Shown in pieces: positions 52,886 to 61,917 of a DNA stretch of 64,000 bases. How positions within the stretch are numbered: the first letter of the stretch is position 1; every line of letters starts with the position of its first letter. Position numbers and translations under genes: made by a program. The notes under the pieces are model-generated. The model was not told the DNA's origin. It worked only from the letters and a program-made list of their open reading frames with translations, and searched no databases. Source of the DNA: a bacterium (lineage in GTDB: Bacteria > SAR324 > NAC60-12); assembly GCA_965205865.1 (NCBI GenBank), contig CBDBHR010000027.1, positions 160,001-224,000 on the forward strand, written 5' to 3'.

Positions 52886-55807
52886 ATGCCATTAACCAAA
52901 CCAACTGCGGCCTATTGGGACGAAAAGCTTTCGGTGTATCTTCATGATCCTTTTACCAAGTCTTTCCGCATTCAAGGGCATGAACAGGTAGCTAACGAAA
53001 TTTTGAATGTCATGGGGCTTTCTCTTCCTGACAAAGATGTCTACAAGGCGGCAGATCAAATTGCATCAGGGATGGATCGCGCCCAAGTTCCAGGATTTGA
53101 CCGTGATCCTCAGAAAAATGGAGCAATCGATTTTACCACGACTGCTCGTCTTACACATCCGACTGGAAAAAATGGTAGTCTTCCCGTCCGACTTCCGGAA
53201 AAATTACAAAACGTGACACCGGCCGCTGTGGCACAACTCAACCAGGAAGTGATGCATTTTCTCAATTCGGCCAACTCTATTGGAAGTCAAGCCGATCAAG
53301 GAAGTCTTTCTGATCAGTTCAAGGAAGACCCTGAAAAATTCGCGTATGTACGTTTTACGTATGTACATCTGTTGCTGCGACATGAATTGACGAGACACAA
53401 CATCAGTCAGATTGGACCACTATGGGCGCGCCTTCCCGCCGATACCCGCATTCCGGATCATAGCATCTGGCAGCACAATGGTCTGGTTTCCGCTCTCCAT
53501 TCCAGCATGCGGGAAAGCCGGGATCACAAAGCAGCATTGATGGTGTATTCTCTGACACCAGTGCAGGGGTTTATTGCCAGGGCCCGAAAACTACGGGATT
53601 ACTGGACGGGATCTGTTATCTTATCCTGGCTGGCATTTTGCGGGATTCGCGCGGTGATGGAATACTTGGGAGCCGATCATATCCTCTATCCTTCCCTCAT
53701 TGATCAGCCCCTGGTGGAAAATTATTGCGACCATCAATTTGATCAATGGGAAAAATTGGAACACAACAAACATGCCAATAAATCCATCGCATCCTTTCCC
53801 AACAAATTTGTCTGTCTGGTCCCCAAAGGCAAAGAACAGGATTGCGCAGAAACAATCCGCGAATCTATAAATGGCGCATGGCGGGGTCTCACTGAAGAAA
53901 CACTGAAATTTCTCAAGCAAGTTACCCAACAGGATCATTGTAATCTTCAGAAATTGTTCGACAGACAAAGCAAATCATTTTGGGAACATCAATGGGCGTC
54001 AACTCCTCTGCTGAGCAAAAAGGAAGCAGATTTGTGCGAGGAGTTGTTGGGAAAAGAAAGAACTCAAAAGGATCTGGAATTCATGAAGAAAAATGTGCAA
54101 TTTTCAAAAGATCGTTATGGATCATACGATGAGGGTTTTTCTGCACTTTACGGGTTGTCACACAAACTGGCCCAATCCGGCTTGGCATCCATCAAGAGTT
54201 GCAAATTCGATGAAAGAACCTGTGAGCCCGGCATCAAGTGCCAACAATGTGGAGAATTTGAAATTGTAACGGTGCAACCGGGTGAAAACCCATCTTCGAA
54301 AGAAACGGTGCAACCGGATGAAAATCCATCTTTGAAAAAAGATATATTTTGGTGTCAATTACGAAAAAACTGGCAAAAACGGTACAACGCTACCGATTTC
54401 AAGGTTACTGAACGATTGTGTTCGATTTGCTTGACCAAACGTATTGCCTACCAGGTTTGTGAAGAAAACCAACCCAACTCCTTATCTTCTCTGATGCAGC
54501 TGAAATATATTTTAACGAGAGAAAAATCCTTCGCCTCTTCAACGGACGTCGCGCTGTCTGATATGTTTGATTTTGCTGAAACGCAAAATATCATAGACAA
54601 AGAACAGCGCAAAAAACTGGCTCAATATATCCATCAACGTGAAGGGGGAACTCAGGAGGAAAAAGTTAATGAAGAGAGACTGCTCGAAAAAGAACGGTAT
54701 AAATTATTTGCCGATTTGAAAGAGAAAAATAGACCGTATACGGAGGCTGACAACTACTACGCTATTCTCTTGATGGATGGAGATCACATGGGCAAACTGG
54801 TCAATGGCGAAACCGTTGCTTCCACATGGATGAGCGTTTTGCATCCTGATTTAGCGAAGCGGCTTGATTCTCCGGAATTCGATACGGATTTCAAAGAATA
54901 TTGGGAAAGCCAGAAATTGCTTTCGCAAAGACGGTTGGCTCCTGCCCTTCACGCCTCCATTTCGGAATCCTTGGGTGATTTCTCGATTTATGGAGTCCCA
55001 GCGATCATCAAACGCCACCGAGGGCACTTGATCTACGCCGGTGGTGATGACGTTTGCGCAGTGATGCCGGTTTCCTCCGTCCTGGCAGCGGCTGAAGAAA
55101 TTGCGAAATTATACTGCGCAGGATTCGTAGGTTACAAAAACGCATCTCGGGAGCAAACAGGAAATCATGAAATTTTTAATGGCAGCATTCCATTGAATGT
55201 TCAAAATTCCGAATTCCAGAAACTATCAGTCCATTTGGGTAAAGGATTTAGCATCTCAGCGGGCATACATATCTGTCATCATAAAAAACCTCTGACCACT
55301 GCCTTGCAGCGAGCGCATCAACTCTTGGATGATGAAGCGAAAAGGAAGACGGAACGAAACGCAGTCGCAATTGAATTGGACAAGCGCAGCGGAGGAAGTC
55401 GGGTGTATTCCAGCAAGTGGGAAGGATCCGATTCAACCCTGGAAGATTTCAAGTCCATCGGGAAAGCACTTGGGAAAGATTCGCGGGATCTGAGTTCTTC
55501 CCTGGCATACCGTCTGGAAACTTTCAAAGAGGGTTTGATCAGCATTTCCGAAAGTGAGAATTCCTCGAAACGGATGGCCAATTTTATTGCTGCCCAAATG
55601 GACCGGTCCGAGGTGACTTTTGAAGCCGAACCCACTCTCTCTAAAATGGAAAAAGAATCAGAAAAAAGAAAAGAACAGCATAAGCTGGCTCAGAGCATTG
55701 TCCGTGTGATTCGGAAATCCAAGGACGCCCTGGCGCTTGAATCTCTGATTGTCGCCAAATTCCTTGGAGAACGGGTATGGAGAAAAGAACAAGATGATAA
55801 AAAATAG
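52886..55807 (+). CDS. cas10: Type III-B large subunit Cas10/Cmr2
   Basis: LHDP and AADQIAS..DR (HD domain), PADTRIPDHS, PVQGFIARARKLRDYW, CQQC/CSIC, MDGDHMG, YAGGDD palm motif. Confidence 0.96.
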   Translation: MPLTKPTAAYWDEKLSVYLHDPFTKSFRIQGHEQVANEILNVMGLSLPDKDVYKAADQIASGMDRAQVPGFDRDPQKNGAIDFTTTARLTHPTGKNGSLPVRLPEKLQNVTPAAVAQLNQEVMHFLNSANSIGSQADQGSLSDQFKEDPEKFAYVRFTYVHLLLRHELTRHNISQIGPLWARLPADTRIPDHSIWQHNGLVSALHSSMRESRDHKAALMVYSLTPVQGFIARARKLRDYWTGSVILSWLAFCGIRAVMEYLGADHILYPSLIDQPLVENYCDHQFDQWEKLEHNKHANKSIASFPNKFVCLVPKGKEQDCAETIRESINGAWRGLTEETLKFLKQVTQQDHCNLQKLFDRQSKSFWEHQWASTPLLSKKEADLCEELLGKERTQKDLEFMKKNVQFSKDRYGSYDEGFSALYGLSHKLAQSGLASIKSCKFDERTCEPGIKCQQCGEFEIVTVQPGENPSSKETVQPDENPSLKKDIFWCQLRKNWQKRYNATDFKVTERLCSICLTKRIAYQVCEENQPNSLSSLMQLKYILTREKSFASSTDVALSDMFDFAETQNIIDKEQRKKLAQYIHQREGGTQEEKVNEERLLEKERYKLFADLKEKNRPYTEADNYYAILLMDGDHMGKLVNGETVASTWMSVLHPDLAKRLDSPEFDTDFKEYWESQKLLSQRRLAPALHASISESLGDFSIYGVPAIIKRHRGHLIYAGGDDVCAVMPVSSVLAAAEEIAKLYCAGFVGYKNASREQTGNHEIFNGSIPLNVQNSEFQKLSVHLGKGFSISAGIHICHHKKPLTTALQRAHQLLDDEAKRKTERNAVAIELDKRSGGSRVYSSKWEGSDSTLEDFKSIGKALGKDSRDLSSSLAYRLETFKEGLISISESENSSKRMANFIAAQMDRSEVTFEAEPTLSKMEKESEKRKEQHKLAQSIVRVIRKSKDALALESLIVAKFLGERVWRKEQDDKK

Positions 55808-55826
55808 CACGATATAAAGGAGAACG

Positions 55827-56930
55827 ATGAGCATACAGTCTATTGACCTGACGCCGGTGGATACCCTTTTCTTCCGGGGTGCGGAGCCGATGGTGACAGG
55901 AGAGAATCATCATGTCACCATTTTGTTTCCGCCTATGCCTTCCACCATCCTGGGAGCCTTGCGCACAGGGATGCTGGTTCAAATTCAAAATCCAAAGATC
56001 TCTTTTCAAGACTTTACAACAGGGAAGACAATTGACGGGATCGTGGGAGAGCTTTTGGGATCACCGGATCAACCAGGATTTTCCCTGACAGGTCTCCTGT
56101 TTTCCGTCCGGCAACATGGCAACGAGTTACTCTTTTTTCCGGCTCCTGCTCATTGGTTCGTGTGCAAACAGGAGTTGGACCGGATAAAGGAAAGAACCAC
56201 AGCACCCGTTCAAATCCAAATCATTCCAAGCCGACCTTTGCCTGCGAGGGCAAAAGAGTTCGGGCTTTGTTCGTCCTTAACGAAGGAATGGCATTGGGCT
56301 ACAGCCAGGGATGGTCAGGAACTGGTTTCTTTAGAGGGGTATTGGGTCTCTGAAACTCTGTTGAAATCGCCAGACACCGGGAAAGCACTTTCTAAATTGG
56401 ACCAATTGAAAGATCTAACTTCTACGGAAAAGATAATTCTTCCGTCACAGGCATTCTATGTTTCCGAAACGAGAACCGGCATTGCGCGTAAAAGGGATAA
56501 AACGGTAAAGGATGGACATTTATATTCAACCACCCACATCCGTTTGTATCCGGAAGTGAGTTTGAAAGTATTTGTCGACAAATCTCTGGAGAAGGCTTTG
56601 TCTCCTTCAGGAATCCTGCAACTTGGAGGAGAACAGCGAGTGGTTCATTACCACCTGGAGCATTCCCCCCAATTGCTGAACGAATCAACCATGGGAAAAA
56701 CCTGGCTGGCCTTATCTCCTGTCACATCCAAAACAGTGGCACGGCTGAATCCTGATGGGATCGCTTCCGGCAAACTGCAACGCATTGGAGGCTGGGAGAT
56801 GAAAAAGGGAAACGATACAGATAAGACACGAGGATTTCACCGTCCTATGGAAGGCTGGTATCCCGCGGGAACAGTCCTGTTTTTTAAAGAACCTCAAAAA
56901 GTCGCTGACAGTTTTTTTGTCATCGATTGA
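55827..56930 (+). CDS. cmr3: Type III-B Cmr3 (Cas5 group)
   Basis: PVDTLFFR, FPPMPSTILGALR, ETRTGI, LGGEQR, IGGW, PAGTV. Confidence 0.9.
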   Translation: MSIQSIDLTPVDTLFFRGAEPMVTGENHHVTILFPPMPSTILGALRTGMLVQIQNPKISFQDFTTGKTIDGIVGELLGSPDQPGFSLTGLLFSVRQHGNELLFFPAPAHWFVCKQELDRIKERTTAPVQIQIIPSRPLPARAKEFGLCSSLTKEWHWATARDGQELVSLEGYWVSETLLKSPDTGKALSKLDQLKDLTSTEKIILPSQAFYVSETRTGIARKRDKTVKDGHLYSTTHIRLYPEVSLKVFVDKSLEKALSPSGILQLGGEQRVVHYHLEHSPQLLNESTMGKTWLALSPVTSKTVARLNPDGIASGKLQRIGGWEMKKGNDTDKTRGFHRPMEGWYPAGTVLFFKEPQKVADSFFVID

Positions 56931-56968
56931 TAGCACCGAATCTATTTTGTTTAAAAGGAGAACAAACT

Positions 56969-57940
56969 ATGTTTTTAGCTGATCATTCTGCAATTCTGAC
57001 ATTTTACACAATCACACCCATGCATGCCGGCTCCGGTAGTGCAACCGGCGCGGTTGACCTGCCCATCCAAAGAGAACGGCATACCGGAAGACCCATTGTA
57101 CAGTCCTCCGGAGTCAAGGGAGCTTTGCGCGACGCAGTTGAACAAAAGATTTGTTATGACTGGAAACAGGCGAACCATAAAACCAAGCAGGATTGCATCA
57201 ACAAAACCAAAGAAATCTGTGCGATTTTTGGTGCTGAGAACGAATCAAATGAAAATGGGGATCGAATTGACCAAGCTGGAGCTTTGTCTGTTTCAGATGC
57301 GAAAATCCTCCTGTTCCCAGTACGTTCTTCCCATGCTCCATTTTTGTATGTGACGTGCCCTTCTATTCTCAGACAGTTGAATAGTGACCTGAAAATCGTT
57401 GGTATGCACACACTGAGTGAGCTTGTAACAAATGATCAAAAGCAGGGTTTCGGACTGGGAAAAAACTTGGTCAACAGAGCTTGCGATACAGGGGGAATGA
57501 TCCTGGAAGATATGAGGGTTGGAGTCGAGGAGCACCCTAAAGCTGAAAAGCTCAAAGAGGGCTTATGTCGCTTTGCAGTTCCTTATGGTGAAGATGTTCT
57601 GGAAAAGACAGTGCTGCTTCGCGACGAAGATTTCAATTACATTATTGAGAGCACCTGTCCCGTACAAACCCGCATCAAACTAGGTCCAGGTGGCACGACT
57701 TCAGAATCAGGAGGAAATCTCTGGTACCAGGAATTGTTGCCCAACGACACGCTTATGTATGCGGTCGTTTTTCTTTCAGCAGAAAAGACACTTCAGGAAA
57801 ATGCTAGAACTGCAGATCATTTATATGATTGGCTGACAAAGAAGGGAAATTTACCGGAACATATTCAAATGGGTGGAGACGCCTCTCTAGGTAGAGGTTT
57901 TTGTGAATTGAAATGGATTGAAAAGGAGAACAGATTATGA
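56969..57940 (+). CDS. cmr4: Type III-B Cmr4 (Cas7 group RNase)
   Basis: TPMHAGSG, GAVDLPIQRE (catalytic Asp retained), SSGVKGALR, LLFPVRS, QMGGDASLGRG; RBS AAGGAG, start 56969. Confidence 0.94.
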   Translation: MFLADHSAILTFYTITPMHAGSGSATGAVDLPIQRERHTGRPIVQSSGVKGALRDAVEQKICYDWKQANHKTKQDCINKTKEICAIFGAENESNENGDRIDQAGALSVSDAKILLFPVRSSHAPFLYVTCPSILRQLNSDLKIVGMHTLSELVTNDQKQGFGLGKNLVNRACDTGGMILEDMRVGVEEHPKAEKLKEGLCRFAVPYGEDVLEKTVLLRDEDFNYIIESTCPVQTRIKLGPGGTTSESGGNLWYQELLPNDTLMYAVVFLSAEKTLQENARTADHLYDWLTKKGNLPEHIQMGGDASLGRGFCELKWIEKENRL

Positions 57941-58311
57941 ACTTGTCACAAAAACGTTCCAAATTTGCTTTAGACAAGTTGGATAAGTTAAGCGCGCATG
58001 GATCATTAAAAGAAGCAGGATTTGATAGTTACACTGCTGGTCTACCTTCAATGGTATTGAGCAATGGGTTAGCTCAAACCTTTGCATTTATCCTGAGCAA
58101 GGTGTCAGAAAAGCCAAAAGGAAAGGAGGTGCTTAATTGGACAAAGGAATGGCTGGAGGAACAAGGGAAAATTAAAGAAACAGCAGATCACAAAGATTTC
58201 ATGAAGGAAATTTCCTCAATGCCTCAAAGCCAGTATCTTGCCAGCCAAAAGGAATGTTTATTACTTTGGGAATGGATCAAACGATATTCAAATTCAAACC
58301 TTTTTAATTAA
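57937..58311 (+). CDS. cmr5: Type III-B small subunit Cmr5
   Basis: QKRSKFA, LPSMVLSNGLAQTFAF, WIKRY; 124 aa between cmr4 and cmr6. Confidence 0.92.
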   Translation: MNLSQKRSKFALDKLDKLSAHGSLKEAGFDSYTAGLPSMVLSNGLAQTFAFILSKVSEKPKGKEVLNWTKEWLEEQGKIKETADHKDFMKEISSMPQSQYLASQKECLLLWEWIKRYSNSNLFN

Positions 58312-58319
58312 GGGGTTGT

Positions 58320-59735
58320 ATGACAGAAGTTACCGGAAAAACGCTTCAAGAGAATCCTTATCTTTGGCGAGCTGTTTCTAAAGAAGTTAATGAAGTTTTA
58401 CATAAGGTATTAAATGGTTCAGAGCCTGCTTTCAATTTAGGACTTTATGCCAGAAAATGGTCTGTTTTTGCTTTTAATGTGTTGAAAGATAAAGATCGTT
58501 GGCGTTGCCCTTCCAACAGCGAAAATATTTGGTGGGAAAAAAAATACAGAAATGAGCAAAAACCTCAAGAAATCAAGCAGGCAGAGGAGAGAGGAAATAA
58601 CTTAAATTCCATACAGAAATGCTTTAATAAACAACAATACCCTGATGCAATTCAATCTGCCGAGAAAGCCTTAATTCAAATTCATATACGATTTTCAGGT
58701 ATCATTCAAACATATAAACAACAAGGATACAAAACCTATCTTCTCTCACTTTCAATGCGGTCCCCTTTGGTGCATGGTTTGGGAGAAACCCACCCGATGG
58801 AAAAATTTCTTACCTTTGACCGGAATACAGGCATTCCTAATATTCCTTCCACTTCAGTAAAGGGAGTCTTGAAAACCCGTTTAATGATTCAGGAATTGAA
58901 TAACTGGAGCTTGAAGACAACTGATGAATGCTTGGCGGCCAAGAAAGAAGGATTCTTAATAAAAAACAAAGAACACGAATATCTGGTCAATGAAAATTAC
59001 CCACTTTTCAAAGAACTCTTTGGTGGTGCAGAAGAGCAAGGGAAAGCAGAGAGCCAGGCACAACGGGGAAAAATTATTTTTTTAGACGCATTTCCTGCCA
59101 CCTTTCCCCGCTTGAAAAAGGAGATCATGACACCACACTATGGTAATTATTATTCTGGAAAAGGAAAAATCGGCCCCACTGAATCCCAGCAACCGGTTCC
59201 TAATGCTTATCTCAGCGTTGATCCGCAGCATGGTCAGCAAAAATGGAACTTTGTGTTCTTGATCCATCCCGATCTATCTCAAAAACATCCGGAATATATC
59301 GAAAAATTCATGCGGGTTTTTGAAAACAAAGATGTGTCGGATATTGGCTTTGGTTCCAAAACGGCTATTGGATTCGGACAATTTGCTCCCATTTCTCTGC
59401 AAAAATGGAAAGAAGAAGAGGAAAAACAGAAGGAAAAAGAACAGATGGAAGCAAAACGAAAAAAAGAGGAAGCCCGGTTGGCAGCAGAGGCAAAGGCTCA
59501 AGAAGAAAAACGGGCACTAATGTCCCCTGTGGAAAAATTGATTGAAGCATTGAAAACCATCCCCCAATATAAAGACCGTTTCCATGAATTGGAAAAATTT
59601 GAAGGAGGTGACAAAATCAAACTGGCTCGATTCTTCAAAGAAAAATTCATGGAAAACCAGGAATGGGACGTCAAACCTAGAAGGGAAAAGCAGTTTGACA
59701 AAGTACAGAAAATTCGAGGGATTTTAGGGGAATAG
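58320..59735 (+). CDS. cmr6: Type III-B Cmr6 with C-terminal extension
   Basis: LVHGLG, GIPNIPSTSVKG, GKIIFLDAFP, IMTPHY, GFGSKTAIGFG. Confidence 0.92.
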   Translation: MTEVTGKTLQENPYLWRAVSKEVNEVLHKVLNGSEPAFNLGLYARKWSVFAFNVLKDKDRWRCPSNSENIWWEKKYRNEQKPQEIKQAEERGNNLNSIQKCFNKQQYPDAIQSAEKALIQIHIRFSGIIQTYKQQGYKTYLLSLSMRSPLVHGLGETHPMEKFLTFDRNTGIPNIPSTSVKGVLKTRLMIQELNNWSLKTTDECLAAKKEGFLIKNKEHEYLVNENYPLFKELFGGAEEQGKAESQAQRGKIIFLDAFPATFPRLKKEIMTPHYGNYYSGKGKIGPTESQQPVPNAYLSVDPQHGQQKWNFVFLIHPDLSQKHPEYIEKFMRVFENKDVSDIGFGSKTAIGFGQFAPISLQKWKEEEEKQKEKEQMEAKRKKEEARLAAEAKAQEEKRALMSPVEKLIEALKTIPQYKDRFHELEKFEGGDKIKLARFFKEKFMENQEWDVKPRREKQFDKVQKIRGILGE

Positions 59736-61898
59736 ATGAACCTCCTCCTCACCACCTTGGGCATGTCTTGGGCGATAGTGCCGGAACTGCTGGGTTTCAG
59801 CAATCCGCAACAGCTTGATTTGTATGCGCATCACCCGGAAGCTGAAAAGATTGTTACCGACCGGGAAAATTATGACATCCAGTCGGTGGATGAGATTTGG
59901 ATTGTGACGACCGGAGGATCACAGGCGGCTCAAAGCATAGCGACGCTGCAATCCTGGCATCAGGCACTGGGCTTGATGCCTCCTCTCCGTATCTTCCAGG
60001 CAGAAAGCACGGATCATCTGAGCAGCCCGCAGGAATGCCGGTGGATGAAGGAGTTGATTCTGCGTGTGGTGCTACAGGCTCAAGCGCGGGTTGGTGAGGG
60101 GCAGGTCCTGCTTTCCCTGACAGGAGGTCGTAAGACTATGAGTGCCGACATGCAGCAAGCGGCCTTGTTTTTTGGATGCCATGCTCTACTGCACGTCATT
60201 GACCAGGAAACCATCCCGCAAGCCCTGCGCAGGCCGGAACCGTCATATTTTCTAACGCCTTTCCCGGAACAATGGGCCTCGATTTTTATGCCGGTCGTGG
60301 TAGGTGGTCAATATCCGAAAAGCATCGTCCTTAGTTACCAGTATCCTGTTGCAGGGATCCATGAGCGATTTCCGCTGCCGGAATGTCCTGAAAACGGCCT
60401 TGTCTCGGTCCCGCCTCAAACCGAATTGGGGGAACACGTCAATCAAATGCAGAAAGAATCGCAATATGTCTTTGTCAACCATTCCCGCCAGCTTCGACAG
60501 GAATCCCCGGCATCCAACTTCCTGGCCTTATATCATCTTCCCCCGCAGCAGATTCAAGCCCTGAAAGAACAAAAATTTGGAGTGTCCCCGGAGAAAAAAC
60601 GGGATGAACGGGAGTGGCTTCATCAGCTTCCCAAAGCGGAGTTGCACTGTCACTTCGGAGGTGCTGCCAGTGCTGAAGACATGATCGCGATTGCTCGCGC
60701 CCATGAGATGCATTTAACGAAGTATCACAAGGCTTTGCAAGCCTGGCGTCAGGAATGGGAGCCTTTGGTGCGGCAAGGTAATGCCGGTGGAATTCGGGAT
60801 CGCCTGGAAAAACAAATGAGGGTGAAAGAATCCAGCGTTCTCAAAGTAATCAGACAGTCAGTGAAAGGTGTGCCCGGATATGTTTGCGTCTCGGCGTTTA
60901 TCCTGCTTTTCTCGGAGTCCCCGGAGTTGTTGGATGCCGTGATCTTTGGCCCTTTTCAGGAGGAAAAGAATTTTTTCAATATTGGCATTGATCGCTATGA
61001 AGCATTGGGAGATTTGCAAGGTTCGGCCCTCTTGCAAACCAGAGTAGCCATTCAAATGGCCTGTCGGCTCCTGCTGGAAAAAGCCTGTCAACATCGAGTA
61101 CGCTATTTGGAAATTCGTTGCTCGCCTGTGAATTATACGCATGGTGGGTTGGAAGCAATCGAAGTGGTTGGGGCCATTCAGGAAGTTTGCCAGCAATATA
61201 AGGACAGATTGACAACCAGATTGTTGTTCATGGCCAGCCGCCATGGAAAGATGAGTACAGTCTACCAGCATATCGAACTGGCAGAGGAGATCTGGAAGCA
61301 GGAAAGCCACTCCTCGGATGAGTCTTTTTTAATTGGCTTTGATCTGGCGGGAAATGAGGAATTCCGCAAGGCTGCAGAAATGAGGAGCGCCTTCATGCCT
61401 TTGCTGCAACGCTGCGCAAGATTGACCATTCATGCTGGTGAGACCGACGATGCCACCAGCGTTTGGGAAGCGGTGTATCTTCTAGGTGCGGACCGCATTG
61501 GACATGGACTCACTCTAAAAAATAAGCCGGAGTTGCTTCAACGTTTCATAGACCGGAGGATTACCCTGGAGATGTGCCCTTCCAGTAATTTTCAGATTGT
61601 CGGATTCCGGGACAACTATGTGCCAGAATCCATCAGTACGGCAAAATATCCTTTGAAAGAATATCTGGAGAAAGGCTTGAAAGTCACCGTCAATACGGAC
61701 AATCCTGGCATTTCTCGCACTGATTTCACTAACGAACTTCACCGGGCGGCCCGGCTCACACCCGGAGGCTTGAGCGCCTGGGAAATTCTCCAATTGGTCC
61801 GCAATAGTTTCCGCGCGGCATTTGTTTCACATAGCATCTCCAAAAAACTCATTCTCAAAGCCGAAGAAGAGATTCTGGAAATTTTCAATAAAACCTGA
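59736..61898 (+). CDS. cad1: CARF-adenosine deaminase fusion (Cad1/CAAD-type type III effector)
   Basis: CARF motifs LLTTLGMSWAIVPE and SLTGGRKTMS; deaminase motifs LPKAELHCH, GFDLAGNE, TIHAGE, DRIGHG, EMCPSSN, VNTDNP; starts immediately after the cmr6 stop. Confidence 0.9.
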   Translation: MNLLLTTLGMSWAIVPELLGFSNPQQLDLYAHHPEAEKIVTDRENYDIQSVDEIWIVTTGGSQAAQSIATLQSWHQALGLMPPLRIFQAESTDHLSSPQECRWMKELILRVVLQAQARVGEGQVLLSLTGGRKTMSADMQQAALFFGCHALLHVIDQETIPQALRRPEPSYFLTPFPEQWASIFMPVVVGGQYPKSIVLSYQYPVAGIHERFPLPECPENGLVSVPPQTELGEHVNQMQKESQYVFVNHSRQLRQESPASNFLALYHLPPQQIQALKEQKFGVSPEKKRDEREWLHQLPKAELHCHFGGAASAEDMIAIARAHEMHLTKYHKALQAWRQEWEPLVRQGNAGGIRDRLEKQMRVKESSVLKVIRQSVKGVPGYVCVSAFILLFSESPELLDAVIFGPFQEEKNFFNIGIDRYEALGDLQGSALLQTRVAIQMACRLLLEKACQHRVRYLEIRCSPVNYTHGGLEAIEVVGAIQEVCQQYKDRLTTRLLFMASRHGKMSTVYQHIELAEEIWKQESHSSDESFLIGFDLAGNEEFRKAAEMRSAFMPLLQRCARLTIHAGETDDATSVWEAVYLLGADRIGHGLTLKNKPELLQRFIDRRITLEMCPSSNFQIVGFRDNYVPESISTAKYPLKEYLEKGLKVTVNTDNPGISRTDFTNELHRAARLTPGGLSAWEILQLVRNSFRAAFVSHSISKKLILKAEEEILEIFNKT

Positions 61899-61917
61899 TG
61901 ATCTCCACTGGAGTCAA

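Noticed and set aside
54268-54339. 36-bp repeat as a CRISPR repeat
   Set aside because: Directly tandem with no spacer and in frame within cas10.
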